Source of the DNA: Paramecium tetraurelia
Lineage: Eukaryota
Length of the DNA: 64,000 nucleotides
Reading direction: 5' to 3'
Assembly (NCBI GenBank): GCA_000165425.1
Contig: CT868008.1
Location: 62,001-126,000 of the forward strand
In this document: positions 42,344 to 54,169 of the stretch, one piece after another
How positions within the stretch are numbered: the stretch's first letter is position 1
Layout: the number at the start of each line of letters is the position of its first letter
The notes under the pieces: model-generated
Databases searched by the model: none
Seen by the model: only the letters and a program-made list of their open reading frames with translations
Told to the model about the DNA's origin: nothing
Program-made: the position numbers and the translations under genes

Positions 42344-44698
42344 TCATATTTTTAAATCCTTATTACAATAAATGGCAATCATTTCCTATTAGTTGATATT
42401 GCATATTTATTGTGCTTCTTGTACTCCAGGAGGTATCACATAAATGGAATATAAATCTGTTTGAATGACTCCAGCTCTTTGCTATTTGGAATAGAAATAA
42501 AACTGTTACTTTGCTTCTCAAATACTATAAATATTCTGAGAATTTTGGAATATCTGATTCTTAGGCTGGACTAAATATGAGAACAGCAGACTAATCTTGA
42601 ATAGCTCGTTGATAGGCATCTTGATAGGAACATAAATAACTCATTTCTAGATTACAAGGTAAATTGACTAAATAATTAGATGCTAACTTACTTTTGTTTC
42701 TATCTATGGCAGCACTATACATCCGAGCATCAATTCCAACTCTATGTTATTTGCCTCTATTCATATATCCACTCCAAAAGGTGGCATTTGAATCTTCAGA
42801 TTTGGTTGGTTAAGGTGGAGGCATGATCATATCCATGAATTGTTATTGAGTATAATTTTGATTTAATGGCTATGGAGTTTGTACTTATTAGTAATAAGTG
42901 TTCATTGGCTATTATTGATGAGGCCTAAATTATTGCTGTGTTTGTGATTAAGGTGAAAAAGGCAATTGAGACTAAGTTTTAAGGTACATCATTTATTATG
43001 GATTTTGTTACTATTGAGGATACATAATAGGCATTTAATTGTAATCTCCATAATGAGGCTGTTAGAATTGTTATTAAGGCAACGGTTAAGTTGGATAAGG
43101 TTACATCATAGTCATTTAGGGTTAGAATTATCTGGACATCATATGCATAGGCATCTGTTAATTGGGTGCCATATAATCTAGAACAATATATAGTATTGAA
43201 TACCCATTCCATATGGCATATAAGGATTGGCTTATTTCTTATTCTGTGGATTAGCGGAATAATTTGATAATATTGCTACATCGCATTTCTTATCTCCCAG
43301 GATTTGAATCTTGTATCTGCAGAACTTTCTTCTAGCCTTTTTGCAATCTCTAAGTTAGGAAAACTCTATAAGAACATAGGATCTTAGTTATGGAGATTAA
43401 GGTTGGAAGATTTGAATTCCTTTGACATCTCCTCCATATTTCTAAGCCATTTTTTTGAGGAACTTCTCATCAATGGTGAAACTTTAATTGGGGGGGAATC
43501 CTATAAACATTATAGGCAGCATGTCTTCATCCTGAATTGTAATATAAACGATTACTTTTTCAGTATCTTCAGCATTGCCTACGATCTGAGTTCGTTTAAA
43601 GGGATCTGATGGATAGATTTTGACATTTCCTGAACCATCAAGTTGATCAGTGATAAATTGTTGGTTCTGGATTGCCTAATTGACGGCATCCAATTTCTTA
43701 AATTTCACATATGCAAAGTTTGCTATTTATTTTGGTATTATGTCTATTCTTTCTACTATTCCATAATGAGAGAAGATTCTTTAGATGTCAGATTGGGTTT
43801 TAGATTAAGGAATACCAGATATAAATAACTCTCTTACATGCACATTATGTTTAATTTAATATTGCGATTATGGCTATTTAGACAACATACGTATACTTAT
43901 TAATACAAAGAATGGGACTATAGTTCGCCTGAAAACACCATATCGAAAAGATTGCTATCATTTGGCTTACTTTCTATTTTAACAAGGGCACTTCTGGTTG
44001 GCAATTTGGATGAAGATGAATCAGAGGAACTTGATTGCTTCTTCTTTTTTTATTTTTTTTGTTTTTTATCCGATCTTGCTATTGAAGAATCGGATGATGA
44101 AGATGTTTCCGATTTCTTATTCGTTTATGAATTAATATTACAACCTTCTTTTTTGGCTTGGTCTTGTCTTTCTTGAATCTCTCCTTTGATTTATCTTTCT
44201 TCCTTATCTTCTCAGATTTCTGATGGCCAGTCCCTACAATGTCCTTCATTTATTTAACCATATACAAACATACATCATTTTTGTCCTTACTAAATGCAAC
44301 TGTCCAAGTAGTACCCAAAGGACTATTTTATTTCAATTCGGTAACTGCATTCTATGCTCCCTCACCATCGCACATAAGAACAAACCCATAGCAATAATCT
44401 TTCAAAGGTTACTTATTATAATTTAAATAATAAACTAAACCCCTTGACTATTTTTTCGAATTATCTTCACTTCCTTTATCTGCCCATATTTTGAGAATAC
44501 TCGATGCAAGGTTTCCTCAGTTATCTGCAGAGGAAGGTTCCCAATGTGCAATTTACAATTGCTGTTCTTCTAATTATCCTTTTCTGGTAGCATAGATGGC
44601 GGGAAGAATTGGTTTCTAGGAAGATCTATAGAACAGAAACAAATCAAAAAACAAATTATTACCATCCTCTTAAAGTTAAGTCCATGCATATTTATCAT
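42344..44698 (-). CDS. SPEN-family (FPA/RBM15/Spenito-like) protein: 3 RRMs plus C-terminal SPOC
   Basis: RRM1 KLHIGNLP..CYGFV; RRM2 RELFISGIP..FAYVKF; RRM3 MFIGFP..SYVLIEF; P/Q/M-rich linker; SPOC FWSGYM..LIFSPAQESDIPKFSEYLQYLRSKQRAGVI..IYVIPP. Start approximate. Confidence 0.82.
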
Positions 44699-44903
44699 TC
44701 GACGTACTCACTAAGAATAAAAAAATCAACACTTTGTAAATATATGAGAGGGATTTAAGAGAAGAAGGAGCAGATATTACTTTTTCAATGCTTGTAAATG
44801 TTAGCTTAATTATTTAAATATTAAATATCTCATAAAATTCATAAACTCTTAAATTAATATCAATACAATTATATTTTTTATAGAAATATATGCATTATTC
44901 TTT

Positions 44904-46679
44904 TCATAAACTAAGACCAACTCTCTGTAATTAATTCAATGAATCATTAATAGATTATGAAATCCCAGTCTTGAACTTGTGTAGGATTTCTAAAGAGCGT
45001 AAATCATGATTTATTTTTAATGGAACTTCCTGCTTTGTCTAATCCACAGCAAAAGGCATACTATATGTCATGTCTTAACCAATTGTTGTAGTCTAAAAGA
45101 TGTTATCATCACTCAATGGATCGGTGAATTAGGCTAAACTTATAATCAAAACTTACTTCCCCTTGCATTCTAACTATTCCCTATTGAATTGATCTATCCA
45201 AAGCTTCCAGTTTTATCTAATAATTAGAATTATTAATTACTTTAATCTTGAGAGCTCTAAGACTTAAATGGTACCTACTCATCAGGAGGAGGGACTGGCA
45301 AATTGGAAGTAAATCCACCTCCATTTTAGCTCTATGGATTATTGGATTAGAAATTTGATTATTTAGGGGGAAGAGGCAACTCTACCATCATTTAATTGCT
45401 TGTTTGATTAAGTATGGCAAATGGATCTACCACCTATGCTTATTATTATGACTGAATTTATGGTTATTTAAATTAAGATTATTATTATAAAGGTAAAAAT
45501 GCAATGCTATTATTTTATTATTAGGATGATGTATTGTATATTGATTGTAATTGTTATGGATAATTGTAGTTGGCGTTCTATTTTGGATTTATTCCAATTT
45601 AAGGCTGAGAAATCTAAGGTTAATAAACATTTGGATTATTTTAGTAAATATTCTATTAATTAAATTGCAGTTATCCATATGGATTAGAACTTTATTATAT
45701 TCCTTGATTATTTGTTTAAGAATTAGGATAGAAATTATTTTGCTATGGGATTTATTGTTGATATTATGGATGTTATGATGTTTGATATGATTATTAATAG
45801 TTACCTTGTTATGGATATTGTTGAGGTTGCTATTGTTAATATCCTCCTTACTATGGATATCCTCCTTACTATGGATATCCTCCTTATTATGGATAGCCTC
45901 CTTATTATGGATAACCCCCTTATTGTGGATAGCCTCCTTATTATGGATAGCCTCCTTATTATGGATAGCCTCCTTATGTTGGTTGATGATATTAATTAGC
46001 ATTTTATTATTATTATGGTTGATAGTTTAATCCTGGGACATCAGGGATCTAATATTTCTTACTGAAGTCTTAAGCATATTTTTGGACAGATGGAGATTAG
46101 AGATTTAAAATACCAAACAAAGTTTTAGCTTAGGGATCGACTGATTTTTCAAAGGAGTTGGCAATATCACATCCGTAGTATTCATTTAATTGCAATTTGA
46201 GATCAACAGCACCTCTTAAATCATTGGTATTTTCTATGTAGTAACACACACTGGCGATATAACTAATGGTAGCGATAGAAAAGTTACGGGATGTATTGTG
46301 AGACTTTGGTTGGGTCACCTTAGCTTGCTACAATTTGACTCTTGAATTGATCGACGTTGCCTATTTGACTATAATGAATAATGTAAATTTGTTACATAAT
46401 TGCCTTATCATAAGCTTCGATAGTATTAATAAGATTAACAATTTTGATGATTTGAGTTTCTTCGTCTTTCCTATTTCTCTAAGGAGCCTTGAGCATGTTC
46501 AATAATAAAGTTTCCTGCTACATAGCTTCATTGATTTTTTTCTATTTGTCTAAATTAATATATTCCCTTGATTTCATAAATAACATGGATAGTTATTACT
46601 AAGTTAAGATAAATTAAAATACGATGGTGACAGTAACTTTCTTTTTGGGTTCATCTTTTTTTGACTTAAAAATTTTCAT
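44904..46679 (-). CDS. IST1-like (ESCRT-III/Vps4 regulator) helical N-terminal domain with Q/P/G/Y-rich tail
   Basis: N-terminal helical region ..YIASVCYY..DLRGAVDLKLQLNEYYGCDIA..VDPKLK resembles the IST1 core; low-complexity tail follows. Confidence 0.5.
45839..45980 (-). repeat. Coding 18-nt tandem repeat (about 8 copies) encoding PQQGGY
   Basis: Unit ggatagcctccttattat on + strand = CCA TAA TAA GGA GGC TAT on - strand. Confidence 0.9.
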
Positions 46680-46773
46680 GTTGGGTATATTAAATAATAT
46701 AGAAAAATTATGAAAATCCACTTTTAATATGAGAGTATATTAATTAATAAAATAATGTTGAATGTTCTAACAA

Positions 46774-49700
46774 TCACTTTAACAGTGCATTCTATCTGCT
46801 TAACAGTCTCTTAATTGAGGAATTAACATTAGATTATTTCTATTTAATCTTTCCACCAAAGATTTATGCTAACATCAACAAATCAGGAGTTGCATTTTCT
46901 AAGTTAAATAATCAATAAATACCTTCCTCATAGACCAAACAGAAACAGAAGGATTCAGCTTTAGGATCTGAAGCAGGATCATGTCCCTGTGCAACTGCAG
47001 ACAAATAATTACTCAAGGCACACAAAACATCAGATGCATTTTCAACAGTGATCTCAACCACTTTAGGACATCTACAATATAAGAAGTGACAAATACTTCT
47101 TCTTTTCTACTGGTTCAGATGGGATCAATTCCTTGGAGTCATCATATTCATAGACTGGTCTTGGGAAATATCCGAAAGCTATTGTGCAATATGAAGATAA
47201 TTAATACTGTAATCATAACTGGATGTTCTGTATGATCCATCGAAGAAATTCAACATGAATCCTTGAACCTTGCCATTGAAAGGTGGATAGAACTTATCTT
47301 ATCCCAAATAGAAATAAATTTTGCTGGCAAAATAGTGTCTAACATCCTTGAATTCTATTTGAGCCATCTCGTGAGTGAATTCCATGTATCCATAAGCCTT
47401 GTTCAAGTGTCTACTGTATCCAAAATAAACATAGAAGCCACTCAGTCAATTTATTGCCATACTTAACCATCTTGCAATCATTAACCTTTGATTTACTACA
47501 ATAATTAAATTAAATACCCATTAGCAGTCTTGTAAGAATATGTACAAAAGGCAACATGTCCCTGTAAGTTATCTTCATCTCCAACAAAGAAAGAAAGTCC
47601 TCTATCTCCAAGAACTCTGAAGTTCTGATTAGTCTCTTGATTATTGGTAGTCCATCTAAATCCTGAAATGCCAGATATTTTAGTCATTAGGTTTTTCCCA
47701 TTTGAACCAACCACTGGCAGAATATTCATCTGGTAACATGGGCTTCTTATTTTCAAAAACACTATCATAATCAAATGAAGCTGGAGACACAAATGTTCTC
47801 TCCTTCTCAATTGGAATTGTTAATCTCTTACCGCTATAAATGTTTTTAGGAATTCCATAGCATTTAGTAACAAATTAAGTGAATTCAGTTGCTTATGTGT
47901 ACAATTCATCATTGAATGCAAATACTCTAGCAATTTAACCATTAAATGATTTAACATCACCATCTGGTCCACCAATCACCAATTGATAAGATTCATCTAA
48001 TGTTAAATTAACATCAAATTCGACAGTCTCAACATCTTATCCTTAAATTTAGGCAAATCCTGTAACTTTTTAATTGGAAATACCGAAGTATACAAGTACC
48101 CATTGTCCTTCAATATCACCATGACCAGCATTCTTGTATGTTTCAACACCATTCTCATCGAATGAACTGAAATGGAATCCTCCTTATCCTACATAGAATT
48201 TCAATGCATTTCCTAATCCAGCAACAAAGAACTTAGTTTCTTAACTCAATCCCTCTGGAACAGCATCTGGGAATTTTGATAACCATCTGAAATAGAATGA
48301 TAATCCAATGATTTAAGTCTCTGTAACTGGTAAATCACTTACAGCTACTGCTTCTGTACTCTACCAACTGATATCCAAAACATCTTCAGGGACTTTTCTG
48401 CATCCTTCTGGTAATACTTCTTATTCTTCATCTTATTAATCATCAGGTACAGGTTCATCACCAACACTGCTCTCTTCAGCATCTGTTGTCTCTTCATCAG
48501 TAGTGGTAGTTTCTTCCCCTGGAGTTGCAGTTTCTTCCCCTGGAGCTGCAGTTTCTTCTGTTGCAGGAACTTCACCTTATTATTCTTCTTCAAATTCTAA
48601 AGGTTCTCCACTCTCTGTCTCCTCACCTCCTGGTTATTATTATTATTATTATTCCTCTTCTCCTTGTTATTCTTCTCCAGATTCTCCTGCTGGTTAATTT
48701 TCTTTTTCTTAAGGTGTTTCTTCTTCACTAATTTCTTCACTTACTTCTTCTTCAATTTCTTCCTCTTCCCAACCCCATTCTTCTTCAGCACATGCTTCTT
48801 CTTCTGCTGGTACTTCGATATCAACTTCTTCAGTTGGTTCATCAATTTATAGTTCTTCTTCCTCAGCTTATGCTGCTGTTTCTTCAGGTGCTTCAACTTC
48901 ACCCTCTTCAGTTGCTTGAGCTACACCCTCTTCAGATGGTCCAGTTTACTCTTCAGCACTTTCTGCTTATCCTTCTTCAGCACTTTCTGATTATCCTTCT
49001 TCAGCATCATCAGCTTAGACTTCTTCAGCTGGAGCAGGATTTTCTTCAGATTCTTCCCCTGGTACTTAAATCTCAACTTCTTCTTCTGGCTCAGTAATTT
49101 CCTCAGCTAAAGCAACTTCTTCTTGTGGGCTTTCCCCTTCTTCAGCACTTGGTGTTTATTGCTCTGTTCCTTCTTCTTCTGGGACTTAATGCTCAGCTTC
49201 CTCTTCTACAGCAGGTGTATCAACTGCCTCTTCTGCTTATGTTTCTTCTGGGGATCCTTCTTATTCTTCTGCAGCACCTGGTTGAGTTTCTTCAGTAGCT
49301 CCACCTTCTTCTTCTTCTGGCTTCTTTTCATCAACTGCAGGTTCTCCTTCTTCTGGTTGAGTTGTCTCTTCAGCAGGCTATGGTTGTTCTTGATCTTCCT
49401 CAGGAGTGTCAGCAGTTTCTTCTTGAGTATCAACTGTTTCTTCTGTAGTATCAACTGTGGTTTCTTCTGTAAAATCTTCTGAGTCTTTTTGATCATCTGG
49501 AATTGGATCTGTGGTTGGTTTTGTGATTGGATCGGTAGCAGGCTCTTCTGTTGGTTTAGTGATTGGATCAGTTGATGGCTCATCTGGTTTGGTTTCTTAT
49601 TGAGTATCGCAACTCTCATCACCTTTGATATCTATGGTACCTCCACAGCCACCTCTAATGACTTGGAGATCATGGATTTTTCCCTTAATTTTAATTACAG

Positions 49701-50169
49701 TTATTGGATGTTATTGGCATTGGGATTAAACATTTCTTAGGGAAAGGATGAAGTAAGATAGCAATTTTAATAGAGCATCACAATTGTCATCAGAATTTTT
49801 GAGACATCCACATTATTGTTTTAGTGCTTCAACTTCAGCCAAACCTATCTTTGTGGATGTTTTAGGTAATTTAAGTTGACTTAATGATTTGATCACTTAT
49901 TTATGTGATGCTTTGAGACCCACTTTAGCTTGGATGCCTTGAAGTACTTAAATATCATGATCGATGAAATCTTTGTGTTCCAACAAGTCTTGCCATTAAG
50001 ACAAGGAATTCTCCATCTATATGAATTCAGACTAAGGACGAGAACAGTCAAATTGGGATGTGTCCAATGAATTCATCTACTCCAAACTCATAAGGGTCAG
50101 AGACTCCTCCAAGCCATGTACATGTACTAATGTAATGGCAATGATCAACAGCAAATATGAGTTTCTCAT
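46774..50169 (-). CDS. Large secreted protein: signal peptide, Cys-containing head, E/P/T/A-rich stalk, two LamG/concanavalin-like beta domains
   Basis: Signal MRNSYLLLIIAITLVHVHG; ~400-aa acidic stalk; LSFYFRWLSKFP..GQWVLVYFG..LVIGG..SFNGQI and EYSASGWFKW..LGDRGLSFFV. Confidence 0.75.
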
Positions 50170-50318
50170 ATAATAACAAAAATATTAAAAAACGACTATC
50201 CATCAAAGCAAGATGATTTTTATAATTACTTTTTCTGCAGATCAATTTATTTTTATTCTCAGCTCCATTTTATCTCATATTCAATACAATACCATTTTAG
50301 ATCATATTAATTAATTTA

Positions 50319-51161
50319 ATGTAGCCACTCAAAAATCCATTTGGTATTATAGATCCAAATGAGAAGCCAAAGCAATACCAGAGTAATCCCTTTGACATAT
50401 GTATCCCATTTCCTAATCATTAAAGAAAATGATGAATTGAATGAAACCATTAAATTAGGTGACAACGTGGCAAATCAAGAAGAGAAACATTTGCTCTTTG
50501 ACTCATAGAAATCACAGTCTCAAGAAACCGTAGAAGACTTACCTTTATTAGAAGGTACTCCAATAGATCCAGTAATTAATTAGACCTCGATATTACATCG
50601 CCATTGCTCATTAAATCTAGGATTATGAGTGTGCTCTTTTTCTAAAAATGCGATAGCGAGTATTTGGAAGACCCTGATCTCTCAGGTCCCATCCTTATTG
50701 TTGTATCATTGGGCCTATTGCCATTATTAGTAAATACTTATTTAATTCATCAGACAGGAAAAGTGCATTTCAATTATATTTACGGGATAGGATTGTGGGG
50801 TTGGATGCTACTCTATTTATTAATGAACTTTATGATTCAACAACAAGGCAAGTAGATAGAGTTCTACAAAATATTGAGTTATTTAGGTTATGGATTGGCA
50901 CCAATAGTTGTCTTATCTTTTCTCAGTGTATTTTTGTAATTAAAGTACTTAAACATCATTCAATGTATTTAGTTCATCTTTCGGATATGCATTAGCTATA
51001 GTATGTGCAGTCTGGTCTACTGCCAGTGTTTCAAAGACCTTTGATACTGTAATCATCATATATTAGCTTCTAGATTCTAGGATTACAACATAGAAGATTG
51101 TTGATAGCCTATCCCCTGTTTTTATTCTAATTGCACATTTGTAATTATAACAATATTTTGA
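50319..51161 (+). CDS. Yip1/YIPF5-like ER-Golgi membrane protein (apparent +1 frameshift near the 3' end)
   Basis: EDLPLLE, DPDLSGP, GKVHFNYIYG, SYLGYGLAP, RLLIAYP. Confidence 0.88.
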
Positions 51162-51221
51162 CCCCAATCATGATATGGTAGATAACAGAAAATCATTAAA
51201 AACTGATATATATTAATTAGT

Positions 51222-53264
51222 TCATTCTTAAGCTCCTTGATCCTAATATCTGATTTCCTCCTCTCCTTGATTTCCTTGCTCATCCTAAAAGTCTTCCTAA
51301 ATGGGATGTTCTTCCTCTTGAATTTCTACTTACTAACCTTGATGTTCCTATTATTATTGTATATCCTATTCGTCTTATTCATCTTATTCATCCTATTGTT
51401 CCTATTGTTCCTATTATTCTTCGTCATCTTCATTAACCTCCCTTATAAACTAATCGTTATCTTGTTAATTTTCCATTACTTCCCTTTACACTTACTCAAG
51501 CTATTCTCTCCAATCTCCTAAATTATTCAATTACTCTTATAAGTTTTATCTCTAAGTAAAAGTCAATGAAAATGTATTAGTATAATTATTTTAGTTGCTT
51601 AAAGTTCCATCCAGAGCCCCTGTTTGAAATATGTTCTACTCACCAGTAACGTTGAAGGTTTATTGATTTTAATCATTTTCCAATATATGTTCTTATTGCA
51701 ATTTGTATTTCTCTTCCTCATACTCTTACTTCAATTTCTACTCACTTTCTTCTGGGAAATCTTCCAATTCACCGTCTCTCATAAATGATCCAGTTCCAAA
51801 GACAGGCTCTTGGTCTTGTAATTGTTACTATTGTTGCAAAGTCAATTAATTGTTGTTCTATTATTGCTTGTTTCTATAGTTCTCCCAAACAGCAGCCTTC
51901 TAATATGGTTCCTTATATTAATCTTCATAAACGCCAAGGATTGATTTGACTCTCTCATTCTAAAATATCAATATATAATATTAATACCTATAATAACTTC
52001 TTCACTTGATCCTCATTTGATGTGATTCTCTTATCGATTGAGACAATCAACTATGTAACTTGATCCATTTAAGATACAATTTTCTCAAATTTGGTTGATA
52101 ACATTTATGCCAAAGGACTTTGATGAGTCTGATTAATCAACAGAGATTAATTGGTCTAGTTTTCATAATTGATTTTATTTTATTATTTATTAGCTTTGAA
52201 GGTAGTTTAAGGAACTTTAAATTAATTTGAAGATGATAATGTTTATGAATCATTATTTGATATATTCTTATCAATAAAATTGATAACATTGCAAGGTTTC
52301 ATGTTTTCATCAAAATTAGATTGCCAAACCAATACATTTGAATCCAATCCAGCTGAAGCAAAATAATCACCTGCATAATTAAATTAGACTTATTTAATAG
52401 GTTAAGAATGAGAATACAGTGACCATGCCAATCTTCCTTGTCTTAGATCAAATATCTTTAGATTGCTTTCATCATCACCAGACAATAGAAAATTACCACT
52501 AGGATGAGTATTAATTGTATTTACTGATTTCTTACTACACTCATAATATTAAATTAATCTCATTGAACGAGCATCCCATAATTTAATTTTGCCATCCATT
52601 TAACCTGCACATATTGTAGTTCCATCACTGATCCAATCAATTGTATATATTGAATCCTCACATTTGAATTTCTGCAATTCTTTAGATATATTGACATCCC
52701 ACAAACGAACTGTTGAATCATCTGATCCAGACACAACCAATCTAGAATCTGGAGACAATTTGGCTTGTCTGACCCAATTAGTATGTCCTGCCAATGAGAA
52801 CATAAAATTGTTCTTTAATACATTCCATCCCTTTATAGTTTTATCATCTGATGAGGATACGATCATACTGCTATCTGAAGAGAATGATAAAGATCTCACA
52901 CTTCCAATGTGTCCTTTAATCGCCGTGCACTTTCCTAAACTATTCAATTCATATTAATATAAAATTACACAGAATTCTTCCACAAACGAATAGTCCTGTC
53001 TTCTCCACCACTTGCTATTATTTAACCATCTGGTGAAAATTGCACACTGTACACTGCTCCTTTATGTCCATTAAATTTAAATGGTCTGCCTTGTGGTTTG
53101 AAACTATAGACATATATTATTGAATCATTTCCTCCAGATGCCAATTACCTCATTTATGGATCAAATGACAGACAGTAAGTTTTTTCATGTCCTCTATATG
53201 ATCTAGACAATTGTGGATCTTGCAATGTCTATATATGTCGGACAATCCCTTTAGGTTCTTCCAT
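51222..53264 (-). CDS. POC1: POC1 centriolar/basal-body WD40 protein
   Basis: [45 protein letters not shown]-terminal Poc1 coil [29 protein letters not shown]. Confidence 0.9.
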
Positions 53265-54169
53265 TAATTTGAATTTAAATTATATAAATAATCGTATATA
53301 GCACTTGATAATATTTAATTAATTTTGGAAACAATATTATATGTATATAAAAATAGTAAATTTTATATATATATATAATTTATAAATCTCTTTAAAACGG
53401 GAATATTTAAAAATGTTTCAAAAGATAATATCAACTCTACATGTACAATTACTTGCCCTTGAAAACTGACGAGTGCTTAATTGTATCTTTAAGAAAATAA
53501 TCACAATTTTTTAATCAATTTATTAAATATACTGATTTGTGATGATCTTGAAGGGCCATTAATCACTTTTAAATATACAGAAAACCGTAGGTACACTTGA
53601 TGTTATATATTTCGATATCTATAAGTCAATAACTTCTTAATTAACACTCACTTATGATAAATTATTTAAAATGATTTTGAATTATTTAATCAAAACAGGG
53701 TAGTAAATACAAAATCATTTGTAATTATTTTAAGTAGTAACTATTAATAAATGTTATTTAGAATAAATTAAATATCTAATAAATGTACCAACAAGCTATT
53801 TAAGCGCTTTCTTTGAGATAGTTGAAAAAAAAAAATCGCCTGCGATAGAGTTTCGAAACTCTTAGAAAAGTGGCATATAAAAGGTTTGTTAATATTTTTG
53901 ATTATAATGTGTATAATATATATGTGTATAATAACAACTCTTGTTCTTGAGTCTGTGCGGGAATGTTAATCGAGCACCTGTAAATAAATTTAGATAATGT
54001 ATTAATTTAAATTATACCTGATTTCATTATTTTATTTAATAAATATCACTCTTTTTGTAAGAGAAGAATTCAAAGAAAGGTATTGTTATACAACGAGAAT
54101 ATTGAACGATATTCTTCCGTATTCCTATATACATTTATATTTTGCTATTTCAAGTATATTATTTTAGGA

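Noticed and set aside
45551..46030. ORF-track repeat proteins (IHNKEA..., LLWIAS...) and CRISPR-like periodicity
   Set aside because: Alternative frames of the coding PQQGGY repeat; no unique spacers and a eukaryotic context
48345..49622. Cluster of overlapping ORFs on both strands in the ORF track
   Set aside because: Antisense or off-frame shadows of the E/P/T-rich stalk of the 46774-50169 gene
53300..54030. Possible minus-strand gene with a 40-nt intron upstream of POC1
   Set aside because: Translation is not protein-like and frames close early; cannot support a CDS
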